Source: Lama glama (taxonomy: Eukaryota). Taken from it: a stretch of 64,000 bases of DNA. Shown piece after piece: positions 1-49,323 of this stretch. A program made the position numbers and the translations under genes. Numbering within the stretch: the first letter of the stretch is position 1; each line of letters begins with the position of its first letter. The DNA is taken from the NCBI GenBank assembly GCA_028534125.1, contig CM052816.1:42100001-42164000 (forward strand), read 5' to 3'. The notes under the pieces are model-generated. The model was not told the DNA's origin, did not search any database, and saw only the letters and a list, made by a program, of their open reading frames with translations.

Positions 1-972
1 ACAGCACGCTAAACCCCTTTCTCTTTTCTGGGACTGGGGCGGGGGGAGTGGGGAGAAGATAATTTAGACGTCTGCTGATTCTCTTACCATGGGAAAATAT
101 TCTTCTACAAAAATAAATTGTGCATTTTATGGGAAAATAATGGCATACCTTCAGCTCCTCACCAAAGTGAAGCGCTCTACTGAAGAAAGAATTGAAAGTT
201 CAGAATAAATGAAACCTGCTCTTTCTTTCCCTGAGTCAACACAACAGCATTTGAGGTACCTACACTCCCTGATGATAAAGCAAATAATTTTGTTTTTTAA
301 AAATCATGTAAATAAAAAAATGAAAAATAAGTCACGTGATTAATCTTTTTTTCTGATAAGTACAATAAAGGGATGACAGTGGGATAGAATCTGGGATAGA
401 ATTCTACATATTGTTTTACTGAGACTGAGAAACAGAAAAGAGAAGGAAGTAAACTTGTTAACAAAGGTGATTTAAATGGTCTAAAATGCGTTTTTAGAAG
501 TATTGCTTTAACATCGTCTTCCAGATGTGTTCACTTCCCCAAGAAATTTAGATCAAAATCTGGGCAACAGAAGCTTCCCTTCTTCCCTCTGCCCTCCTAG
601 CCTCTGTCCAATTTGAAAGACTTAAAAACTCTGTTCTTCATTGCAGGTGTTGATATCCACAGGGGTCGTTATAAGATTGGTCTCCCTCCCTCTACACATG
701 AGACAATGAAGTAAAGATAAAGAAAACGGACAGAAGGGAAGGAAAGTGTGTTGCACTCCCAATCTTTGATTCTTGGTAGTTACATTCAAATGGGGCACTT
801 CTCTTTGAAAAGTGAAGATGTTTCCCACGGCTACAGAATTTACAGTCAGACAGGGAGCTGACTTAACCGATCCCAGCAAACGTTTCCTTCCTTTTCTTAA
901 TCCCTCGCTGCTTATTTTAGCCGCTTCTCTACCCCGCCGGGAATACCATCCAGATCTTAGTCCAGGTAGATC

Positions 973-1008
973 TGACGTCAAGAGATGGCTTTCGTCGATT
1001 TGACGTGT
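973..1008 (+). promoter_or_regulatory. PCSK1 proximal promoter tandem cAMP-response elements: CRE1 TGACGTCA (973-980) and CRE2 TGACGTGT (1001-1008)
   Basis: Perfect palindromic CRE plus a variant CRE 20 nt downstream, ~230-265 nt upstream of the ATG. This matches the two-CRE arrangement described for the human PCSK1 promoter. Confidence 0.9.
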
Positions 1009-1222
1009 AAACACTCATTTCCATTCCGACTCGGAAGGGCTGGGGCTCCACTCAGCCGGGAGACCGAAGCGCTGCACTAAGCGCTCGTTGCTTTCCAGTC
1101 TCTCCTGCGCGTCTCTATCTCGTCGCAGAGCAAGCGGGAGCGAGAAGTGGTCCAGAGCCCAAAGGAGGAAGGGGCTTTTCTATATTGCTCCTTGTTCCCC
1201 TCTCCTTCCCACTTGTGTGTGA

Positions 1223-37856
<36,634 letters not shown>

Positions 37857-40574
37857 AACGAGTGTGTGGTCCTAAGTTGGAAATATTCACGCTTCTTCCT
37901 TCCCCTTAGATTCTGCCTGTGTCTGAAGTGGTTGTTTTGTCACCGATTCTTATGTCTATAATATCTTTCATGGTACTTTTTCTTTTTCTCCCCAAAATGG
38001 ATATTAGAAAGCTATGAGCTCAAGAAGTAAATCCAACTTCCTGAATTGATTATAGCTCCTAAAACATGTCTTCCCTGCCTGCACAAGTCAAATGTTTTGT
38101 TCTTTCTGGAACCAGAGTTCACATGTGGTCCTCGAGAATGACTCCTTGGACCCTCTCATTTCATTTCTCAAAAGAAAAGGAATAACCTGGGCAGTGGATT
38201 AATTTGAAAAAGTAATCTGCAAAAAAATGAGAGGAAGGAAGACTGTTCTCATAGCTTATCCCCGTCTTTGCCATGTGGTTCTTCAAATTTTGATGCCAAA
38301 GAAGGGTTTGGAAAGTCTCTATGAAAGAGTTCACAAGCAGACTCATGCCCTGGGCTTTTCTATGCCCAAGTACTGCTCATTTAGGAAGTGGCCACTAGGT
38401 AGGTTATTTTGCAGAGAGGCTGGGTTATTTAGATCCTGAAACAGGCCTCAATGCCTGCATTATCTGGTTTGAGCAGTTTTAGAACATTCTTCTGCACTTA
38501 GTGTGCCATGGACAGGCCTCCATGGACCTCAAGGTGACTGACTTGTGCTGTGACCTATGCTGTGACCTCTGGCCTTCCTCTCCCCCCAGTACCTTCTCCT
38601 TTCTCAGCCACAAATCAAATACTGAGGGAGCTATTTATACCACTTTCCTAGAACAAACATACACTTGGGACTTGGCAAATTCCTAGTCATAATTTTTTTA
38701 ATGGTTATAATATGAAGCCACTTATAAGATGGAGAACCAGTGTAATCAAAGGAAAATATTCATAGTAGGGAGAGCCAATGTAGGGTTTTCTTGTGTTTTT
38801 ACCTATATTCATCAGAACAGGTTTTTCTGGATTTTTGAAACGGAGTGTTCATTCCTTGGCACTAAAGGCCCTTCTCCAATCTTACAGATGATAGTGTCCA
38901 AATTCTCACCAAATTGCTTGTAAGCTTCAACTCAGAGGACAGAAGCTGGCTACCCATAGGCAGCATGTGTCCCTCAGGTAGATTTTGTTCAGCATCTTAA
39001 ATATTTTAAAAGTGTGAGTAATTATTGAAAATATCATAGTTCACTTAAAACCTGATTCTTAGAACCATCTTCACTCATGGCAACAGCTGGCTGGAGGTGA
39101 GTAGTAGCTGCCCAAATATACCTGAACACCATGTCCCTGTGGTAGCCTGTTCCGTGCTGCTTACAGTGGCCACCTTAGGGGTCAGCATTCTAGGCATTTG
39201 ATTTTCCCCACTCCTGCACTAAAAGAACACGTACAAAGTGTTAAGCGCATTAGGAAAAACATATCCCCGGCTTCTTTCAGGCTTCTTTCAGGATCTCTAC
39301 GATAATCAAAAGTTACAAGAATTTTTCATGACCAAATTAATTTACAGGAAAAAAATGGTATTTCAGATCTCTGAAAATACCTCTGAAATCTTGTTTGACT
39401 TACGTGTTTAATCAATGTTCATTTATACTAGTTCATTAATTGCCAACCCCCTAGCTCCCCACTCTATATGCTCACAAAGGTTTCCATCACCTGCAGTCCT
39501 GGCATTCTCCCACAGAATTTGCTGTCCGCAATTCTTCCACAAAGTTTGAACTTCAAGAGGCCACACATTGACAAGACCAGGAAAAAGACTACACTGAACT
39601 ACATCAGGAAGAGAACACGAGGGTCTGTTACTCGCTCTAGTTTAAAGTGTATTTGGTAAGACAAATTTTCACCCCCTAGCCTACCATTTGAATTTGTGCA
39701 GAATGAGGGCATTTCCAGAACAATACCCATGATGCTTTGAGGATGTTTCCCCCAAAGAACTGCAGTATCACTGCGTCCTTGGAAATATCACATATTGTTT
39801 GATACACAGTGTTGGACAGAATTTTGAAATTTGCAGCACATCATAAAGTAGTAAATAGAGCTGAAAAGGACCAGAGAGTTACAAAAAATTTCAACTTAAA
39901 AAGAGCTAAGGTCCAGCGAGCCCAATAAAAATTAATAAATGAAAATTTAGCCTTTCCTCATTCTTAATCTAGTACAAATTGTATGATGCTTTCTTTTTCA
40001 TTTTTCTAACAGTATCTTTTCCTGGTTAAAACCCCAACCAGCTCATTGGATTGTAGCCAAAGGTTCACTCTAGAGAAGCTTTAAATAAAGTCATGTTTGA
40101 ATGTTTCCAACCTGGAATATATTGTTCAGACATAAAATATTTTTGTCAGCCTTTCTTAGTGCTTGTGTGGATTTTTGTGAAAATGTAAAAGAAGAAACTT
40201 ATATGGTATTTCCCTTGGAATTTTAAACTATATTTTCTTTACAGGTATTTATAATGCTTTTATCAAGCAGAATTTTAAAAGGCATAATAAATTATATTAA
40301 AAACCAAAATTTTCCTGAGAATAAGAAAGTTTCATCCAATAAAATATTTTTGAAAGGCATGTTCCTCTGCCAGTTAAAAAAAAAAGTATAATATGTATGT
40401 GTTGTGATGTGAAAAGTGGTATTTGTCTAATAGCCTATTACAATGTGTATACAGCTAAGTTTAACATGTGTGGTCTTAGCATTTTTAAGGGAACACACAC
40501 ATTATACACTTGATGTATTGATCAGAATATGTAAAATATGCTTATAAATCAAAAGAATAAATGGTTTCTAAGTC
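37857..40574 (+). other. PCSK1: Probable PCSK1 3' UTR (~2.7 kb)
   Basis: Largely repeat-free sequence after the stop with an AU-rich distal part and several AATAAA. The length fits the ~5 kb PC1/3 mRNA. The end position is inferred. Confidence 0.7.
40556..40561 (+). terminator. Candidate distal polyadenylation signal AATAAA
   Basis: Last of a cluster of AATAAA hexamers (also ~39924, ~39934, ~40084, ~40338) at the end of the AU-rich UTR. Confidence 0.6.
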
Positions 40575-41474
40575 AAAAAAAAAAGCTCATGTGTCCAACA
40601 AAAACAAAATCTCCTCTTACTTATTGTATTTACCAAACGAACTGTAAAGAAAGAAAAGTTGAAGGTTTACATTAGGAAATTAAATGGGCTTTCCTAAAGG
40701 TAATTTAAGAATCTAATTAAACAGGTATAATTCATTTTCCTTTATAGCCCAATCTTTCACTGTTTTTGACAACATACAAACTGTATGACTGAGCCTTACC
40801 TGAAGTGTTAAGGAAAACAAACAGACAAACACAAACTACAGGGACTTACTACAGGTGAGAAGTCATTTGCAATAGTTCACTAATCATGACCTTGTTATAT
40901 TATAGGCCAGATTTCAGCAGCTAAGCATTAAATCCTTCCCAGAGGGTCCCTCATCAGAAGCCCTCAATTCCTAACCCTGATCCCCTGTTCTCAGGCCTAA
41001 TTTTCTCTCCTGCTTCAAACCCCCATCCCTCAAATTTCCACCCACCATTTCAGAATCGGATGTCCTTCTACCCAAGAGGGCTGGTTTCCCCCCAGACTCC
41101 ATTCCCTCCTCCCAAGTCATAAATATTCAGTCAAACTAAAGTGATTTTTCAAGAATTACAGAAGGATTGTTCAACTAGCTTTTGTCCTCCACTTCCAGCC
41201 ATCTTCAAAGTCTTCCCACTGGAAGGGTTGAAGATATGTCTTTCTTTTCTTTTGAATGACCATTTGATAACTATTGGATTAACCATGTGCAGGCTGTGAG
41301 AAAATACAAATATACACAAGGATAGACATTAATTCTTAAATATAAATTTAAACTCATAGGAGGAAGAGTAGTGTTTCCTTAACTGCCTCTTAATTTTGGA
41401 AGGCTATAGCACTAGTACACACGATGATGACAATGATTCACTCCACTCTCTCTGCCCCAGTGACAGAGTGTACT

Positions 41475-41825
41475 TTCCTGACTGTGTGATTTGCTTTGGT
41501 CAAGGAAATACTAAGGGACATGATGCAATCAAGGGCCATAAATATGCTTGCACAGTTTGGTTTGGCTCTTGCTTTTCAGTGATCAGTGCTGTGAGGAGTA
41601 TGCTCCATGGAGCTACTGAGCCTTCAGCCTGTTTCCAGAACAAATGTATATGGAACAGATTCAAATTCTGGAACCAAACCCAGCCAACTCACAGCAGGAA
41701 ACAGAGCTGTCCAGATGAGTGCAGACTAAATAAGCTGAACTTGTCACCTTGTCACCTTGGCAAGTTGAATTGAGAATAAATGCTGGTATAAGCAACTGAG
41801 TGTTGGGGTAGTTGGTGACACAGCC
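41475..41825 (+). mobile_element. MLT1-type (ERVL-MaLR) LTR fragment
   Basis: gactgtgtgatttgctttggtcaa... and terminal aagcaactgagtgttggggtagttggtgacacagc, typical of MLT1. Confidence 0.6.
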
Positions 41826-43039
41826 TCCATATGTCAACAAAACTGAAAAATACAGTAAAAATTCCATTTGTTCACTCCCCTACCAATACCATCCCTTTCC
41901 AATCATGCCTTCTTGAGCCTAAAGTACAAAAAGAAGAGCCAATATTAAAATACACACTTCTTGGTGCTGATCTCACAGATAAATAAAGATCCTGCCCAAA
42001 CTTTGAAATTTTCATTTTTAAAGGTCTGTCTAAGCTAGCTTAGTTCCTCTTGGAAGCAGAGCCTCAGATAATGAGTGACTGTGTATAGGTAGCTATTTAG
42101 GAGGTAATAGCAGAGAGCAAAACTACTAACACATACCCACAAGTAGCATCAGGTAACACTGATCAGCACAAGACTTCCCAAAGACTAGAATGGATGTTTC
42201 CGCTGATAATGGCATTGACAGAAGGTAACTCGAAGTAGACACCTATGCTCCCCTCCCTTCCTGATCCATACCCCATCCAATGCTTTCATAGTCTACTAGC
42301 TTCTCTCAGAAGCTCGATGCAACCCCAGGGTTAAGGGAAGAAAACTTGACTGGCTGAGATCAAGCTCACATCCTTTATCAGAAAGGCAACTTTTAAGAGA
42401 AACAAAGTTCTGTTACACAAAATGAAATAACTTTTGCTATGTTGGGTTTTAACTTGCAATTTGTATAATTTGTATTGTCTGTATATTGCTACATATAGAT
42501 ATTATGTAAGCATTACTCTATCATCAATGCATAGACAGAGAGATGACTACAGTCATTATGTGCCCAACATTCTCAAGTCATGTGCAAGGCTCACTTTCAT
42601 GGTTTATATACTGAGCTTCTAACATATGTCCTAATCCAATTTGCCTGGAACTTCACAATTTCATTCTCATCCACGCGCACATACCCTCCACCTCTAGAGA
42701 AGCCCATATTGTAGGTATCTGCATTGAATACTTTCCTAGGGAAGGGAGGGGCCACAAGCTCAAAAAAGGTTTCTTGTTCACAGAAGAAGGTAGGGGGAAA
42801 TATTCTCAGGCATGGTCCTATATGATTGTCATGTCTCCTTCCACTGTCAGTTCCTTTATTCCTGTCCCTAGCAGCCCCAGTAGTAGCTGATTTATAAATC
42901 TAGATGACGTTTTGATGTGAGGAGAGTAGCTTTTACACCTGGTTCTGCCTTAAATGCTTCACAATTATTTTTTACATCATCGTTGTCAAAGGGCAGAAAA
43001 AAGTCTGAAAATGTAAAAGCAACATAAAGTGGCTCTTGG

Positions 43040-43250
43040 GTCAGCTGTAAGTGAATTTGAATTCTGGCTCTTCCATATCCTAGCTGTGTGCTTCTGAGTA
43101 GATTATTTCACCTCTCTGGGTCTATTTCATCATCCATGACAATGAAGTCTAGCTTATAGGTTTGCTGTTAGGATTAAATGAGATAATGAAGATAAACAAC
43201 TTAGTATGGTCCCTGTACCTAACAACTGTTCAATAAATGTTAGTTTTTAT
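43040..43250 (+). mobile_element. MIR SINE
   Basis: gaattctggctct...ctagctgtgtg...ggattaaatgagataat...caataaatgttag. Confidence 0.65.
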
Positions 43251-45789
43251 TAGTGATACTGTTGCTTTTATTATTACTGTGGTGCTGTGAAAAGAAAACG
43301 GAATTTAAAGCCAAATAGATTTGAATTTGCAGCTCTTATCTACAAATTCAATGAAGGAAAAGGTATCAGAATCATTGAAGAAGATGGAAATATTCTAAGT
43401 TGTCACTGGCCAAAATGATGTTGCCTTGGGAACTGTCATTCCAACGTGAATATTCTTCTCCTAAAGCCACACTGGAAACCATTTAATTGAAGCCAATGAA
43501 GACTGGACTGCAATGAGAAGGGAGTGTCAAAAGTGACAGCTGAGACTCCAGGAACAGTCACCCAAGGCCAAGGAAAGCCAGAGGTGACAAGTGAAGAAAA
43601 ATGAGACGATGAAAAAAAGAAATCATTGAATTTTACGTCTACTCACTCAATTGTGTGTGCGCATGCATGCAATGAGCTGGAGTACTCGTTTCCAAATGTA
43701 AACATTTCTTAAAGCATTGAGAAATGTTGATATTAACAATGAAAAACAATGGGTCCTTAACAATATTTGCAGCACAGAGCATTCTTTGAATTCTCATGAG
43801 AACTGTGAGGGAAAAAAGGAGATAATAATATGAGTGTCCTTATTTTGTAGATTAGAAAATTGAGGCAGAGAGAGGTAATGTGGTTTGTTCAAGGTCACAT
43901 AGGTAACAAGTAGTAGGGTTGAGATTTTAACCTGACAGCAGTTCCAGACCTTAGGCTATGCCTTGAATTAGCAAGGCAAAAAGGTGACATAACATTCTAG
44001 AAAATATGCATAGTATGGGACTCAAATAGGTACTGATACTATCAGTCCTTTTCTGCTATTGGAATTAATAGAAAGAGCTTTTATTAAGTGAACATTTGCT
44101 ACATGTTAAGCACATAGGTTTCGTATTTTCACAATGATGAGACAGTAATTCATGAGACTAAATCTATTATTTCTAATGATTACATTATGCTGCAAAGGAA
44201 GTGTTTTTACAGATATGGAGAATGGGGTTCAGAGAGGTTGAGTCACTTGCCCAAGTTCATACAGCCAGTGGGTAGACCAATTTTAAAATTTTTAAATTTA
44301 AAAACTGGCCTACTGACCCCATCTTCCACTGTGCTGCCCTTTTCAGCTGTACTTCTAAATTTTTCAAACTGATGCCTTAAGAGGCAATCTTACGCTTTCA
44401 GGAACAACTAGATTTTATACTGCTTCTTTACTTCAATTTAGGAAACGTCAATAAATTTCAAAATGAGAGAGGCAGTTGTCCTTGTCACTGATCACTCCTT
44501 GACCTACCTTGAAATGAACCAAAGCTCTTCTCTGAGAGGAGCAACAGGCCAGCCCAACAGCTCAGGCATTCTTTGTATCAAGAATCAACTGCATATGAAT
44601 TTACATGCAGACCAGTCCAAGGGCTGCCAATCCTACTGAGAACGAGGATGCACTAGTCCAGGCATGAACTCTGGGAGTTTTCTACTATGTTGGGCCATTT
44701 TATTCCCCTCTCCATTCCCTGGCCTTTGTCTTGATGCACCTCCTCCTACCCCTACTCAAGTGTATTCTTCAGTATATTAATCAGTGGTGTGTGTGTGTGT
44801 TCAAAAAGAATTTCCTGGTCATGTACAGTTGTGAAACAGTAAATGAAATACTGAATTTTTTGTATTTCTTTTTTGTGGGAGGTCTCAGAAGTCCTCTTAA
44901 TACAGTGGTGTGCATTGTAACTCTTTAAGAGGGAGCTGCATTTCTTTGGACAGAATCCGTATTTCTTGGACAATCTTCCAGGACCAGTGTTCTCTCAGCT
45001 CACTTGGGGAGACACGATCTTCCAGCAAACCATCTCCAGTTAATACTCTCCCAGCGTGATTCTGGGTTCTATCAGAAGGAAGGCTTACAAGCACCACATG
45101 CCTGATTATTTCTGAGAGCTTATGCCTCCTCCTTGCCTCAGTACAAAACGCTGCGGCACCAGTCAGCTGACAGAAAACAGGTGCCAACTGTTGTCAACAA
45201 GGAACTGAGTCAGATCCCACCCACAGTGATCCCTGGAGAGGGCTGGAGCTCATCGTCATGAGGGGAGAAAACATGGGAAAAAAGAGGAACCCACCCAGTC
45301 ACTTATGTCCAAAATAGAGAGAGTGGTCACTGGCTGAATTTGTAGAGTACAGCTCAGTTTATCTGTTGTCCAAGCATGAATTACTATTTCAAAAGTATCC
45401 TGTTGGACAATAATCTTATTACTAGAGCAGAGGTGTGGATTACCTTCTTGGCTCACAGATGATAATGTACTTGCCTAAATTATTTTCTTCCCACCACAAT
45501 CAGAGAATCTCAGAATTGGAAGGGATCATCTATTTTTCTACCCAGCCTCCTACACTTCAGACAAGCTCTGGGAAGGATTCTGAGAAAAGTGTTGCCCCTC
45601 AATAAAAAAAAGATACAGAAAAGGAAGCCCTTTCTCTTCCTCGTCCAGACCTCACTGTGTCTGTAGGCAATGTCTCGGGGCCTTTGCTAGGCATCTTGGG
45701 ACCTTCTTTCACACAGAAAATAAATTTCTGGAGGAGGTTCCCAATTCCATAAGCTTCAGGTCCCATAAAACCTGGGCTGGCCTCCTGCT

Positions 45790-46470
45790 CTTCTCCCTGA
45801 TCTAAGCTACCAAGTATATGAGCTCTATCCCATCAGTATCTTTCAAATCTACTATTTTCTCCATCTCTAATCCACTACCTTGGTCCACACAGCCATCCCC
45901 TTTCAACAGAGTTCTCCCTTGTGTCCTTTCACACTGTAATGTTTCTAAATTGTGTATCTTATCACATCACTTTATTCTTTAAAACTCACTGGATTGAGGA
46001 TAGGACCAAAATGCTTAACCTGGTTTCGAAGTCCTGGAAAATCCAGCCCTAACCTGTCTCTATAGCTTCATGTCATCTTAATGCCTGACTTATGATCTAG
46101 TTATACACACTGGCCTTCTTTCTTTTACTGCAATGCCCTAGGTTAGTCTTGGGGACACACTTATTCTGCAAGAAATTCTTCTTCACTTACTTTCTAGTTA
46201 ATTCTTCTCTGTTTGCCTTTCAGAGCTCAATTTAAAAATCCCTTGGGGAAGACTTTCTGACCGTTTTGTTAGACTAAGTCAGAACCTCTGATGTCTGCTC
46301 CCTTACAGTATTCATCACAAGGGCAATCACACACACAACGAATTTAGTATCTGTCCCCTTGGATGGCAGTTCCACTAACATCTCTCAAGTTAACTGATAC
46401 ATCCTCCAAGATTAGACCAGTGTCCTGTTCAAGAAGGTGAATACTCAGTAAATACTTAGGAAATGTTTTG
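45790..46470 (+). mobile_element. L2 fragment
   Basis: ccactaccttggtccac...tatcacatcac...ctcagtaaatacttaggaaatg. Confidence 0.5.
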
Positions 46471-47971
46471 TTGAGAATTTGGTTTATCTGCAGGGTGGTG
46501 ATATTCTTTGGTAATGAGACAGTAAGGAACCAGTTCATACTTCACAAGCATCATAGATAGCTAGTGTTGGCACTGCCTTCCTAGAAACATAGCATTGGGA
46601 CTGACTCTAAGCTGAGGTGGTTTCAATTCTGAGTCTGTCACTTACTAGCTGGGTGACACTGAAAAACGAATCTTCCTAAGTTTTAGTTTCTGCATCTGTA
46701 AAATGATGAGAGTAATTATATTTACCTCATAGGTTGATTATCTGCTTTCTCGTGCCTACTTTTCAAACATCTTCTATCTATCAAACACTTTGACAGAGAC
46801 TAGAAATAGAGTGATGTGCTACCTGGACAAGGCCTTGGGCCCTTCTGACACTGTTTTTATTCCTCTAAGCACAATGCCTGGTATATAACTGTTTAATATA
46901 TATTCGTTGAAGAATCTAATATAGTTCTTTATTTTCCCATGTATTTCAAGTACAGATGAGATAAAAGTGCTAATGAGTAAAAAGCAGGGCAGAAGAGTCC
47001 TGGGCAATATACTTGGAGGACTCACTAGGTGGCAGGCAGAATGCTGAGCACGGGACACGGATTGTTTCACTTAATCTTCATTCACTCACTGAGTTAGATC
47101 CACTTATTTTTACTCCCCATGTTATAGGAGGGGAAATAGAGCACCAATAGCTGAAGTCACTTGGTCAAGGTCACGTAGCTAGTAAGGGGTAAAGACGCAT
47201 CTGGGCCCAGGGAACTTCACCGTACTGACAGCACGCTCAAGTTTTATCAAACTCTGGCTGAGAATCTAGAGTCCCAGGGAGAGAGGAAATGAGGAGATCA
47301 AGTCAAAGCTCAGAAAAAGAAATACTGACATCAGAAAAGCAGCAGGAAAACATCTTTCGTTTCTTTCCCTGGCTGTTTTCATCCAATTGCTTTCCTTCTA
47401 CTTTTTTATGTTCTAGATCAGGTAATAATAGACTCAACCATGCCAGGCTCTATAGTTTTATTCAACTCTTTATTATGTCATCAGTAGAAGAACTGAATCC
47501 TAAGAATGCCATATAATTCTATGTATTTTGGTAAGAAAATGCACGTAAAACAGAATTGTAGTCTGATTATTCCTCATACTGATTTCAAAGTACCCTGATG
47601 AAATAACATAATAAAAGGCAGACAAAGAAACAAGCCGTATGTCAGAGGTATTAAGCACAAGGAAGCCAGACAGAAGACTAGTATCTGAGATCAAAAAAGC
47701 GTATATGTGACGTGGAAAAGCAAACAGCTTCCCTAGGAGACCAACAGCTGCATTCACCGTCTCCTGTCAGTAACCAAGTTCCACAGTCTTCAGTGCACAT
47801 GAACAAAGTGTCAAAGAGGCTCTTTAAAGCTTTGTTTTTCTTTTTGATGTCTCAATTATTTATGTGACTGTTATCAATCATTAGTCCACTTTTACATTCA
47901 AAACAGGTCACCCCAATCTATTGCTGAATACATACATTCACCTGTTTGGAATGGCCCCATGATATTTAAAA

Positions 47972-49323
47972 GCAGCATTCTCCAAGAATAATTTATTAAA
48001 GTAGCATTTAAAAAATTTTTTTGACTCAAGCCCCTTTTACACTTTTATTATTATTGAGGACTCCAAAGAACTTTTGTTGATGTGAGTTACATCTATTGGA
48101 ACTGGGTTTAACTAAAAAATGTTTTAAAATCTATTAATCCCCAAATTACAATAAAGCCATTGCACATTAACAAATAACATATTCTTATGAAAATAACTAC
48201 TTCCAAGACAAAAACTTAGTAAGAATAATGACATTGTTCTACATTTTTGAAAATATGCTTAATGTCTGGCTTAATAGAAGAAGCCTGGATTCTTTTATCT
48301 ACTTCTGCATTCAACCTGCTACAAAATTATGTTTTGGTTGAAGTATATAAAGAAAATGTAGCCTCACATAGATATAGATGAAAAAGGAAGAAAGGAAGGA
48401 GTATACTTGTGGATATTCTTCTGTGATGCTATACTAAGACTCAACAAGCAATTCCTTAAAGAGTAGATAAAAAGTAGACTCTGAAACCCTATCAAGAAAA
48501 TGTTTGCACTCTTAAACTGAGATCCATTGGTCTATCTTGAATTTTAAATAGAACTTTAACCCACACATAATTTTGTAACAGCACCCATTGTTATTTGGAA
48601 AATATTGATTCAGTGAATTATGCAGATATTCCAAATGTTGACACATTTCATCATACAGTATTTTGAAAAAACACAGTAGCTAATATGATCACCAATCTTA
48701 TAAAAGTCTTTTAAGTATTAAGAAGTTGTCAAGCTCATGATGGTACATGCAAGTTTTTCAAAATTCTAATTTCCTCTGAAAGTTCAAATTTTATCATTGG
48801 CAGTAAATACTCTAAGCTATTTTCCTTGAAGTGACAGGCCCACTTTCTTCATTTTCAAGGAATTTCTGCCAAATATCCAATTCAGAATAACCATAGTTTG
48901 TCTACCAGTCATTTTTCAAGTAAAAATAGTACACCATTAAGAAGAAGAAGAAGAAAAAAAACAGAGAATTCAACCTGCAACTCAAATAACTGCCCAAATG
49001 CTTTTCCTCAAGACAACCATGATAATTAGGTATACAGCAAAGTGCTTTACCAAGGGTATTCTTGTGTGACATCGGCTTTTTTCTTTTTTTTAATCCTGAG
49101 TGCGTGATGATGAACCATACGATGACTATGATATAGTTAGTGCCACTGCCTTGATTCTTGGTAAGTTTCCTTCATTGCTTTTGCACCATTAGTGCAAATG
49201 TTAACAAAATAAAAAAGGCCAATAATGTCAGAATCTTTATGAAAACAGTTTTGGCTTTGCGGACACCCCTGTCAAAGATTTGGGGACCTCCAGAATTCTG
49301 TGGAGTAAACTTTGAAAAAACTC
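47972..49323. mobile_element. hAT-Charlie DNA transposon (Charlie1a-like)
   Basis: Ends resemble Charlie1 termini (ccccttttacactt...attgaggactccaaagaacttttg; tatgaaaacagttttgg...ggggacctccag...ctttgaaaa); ~1.35 kb. Family name from memory. Confidence 0.7.
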
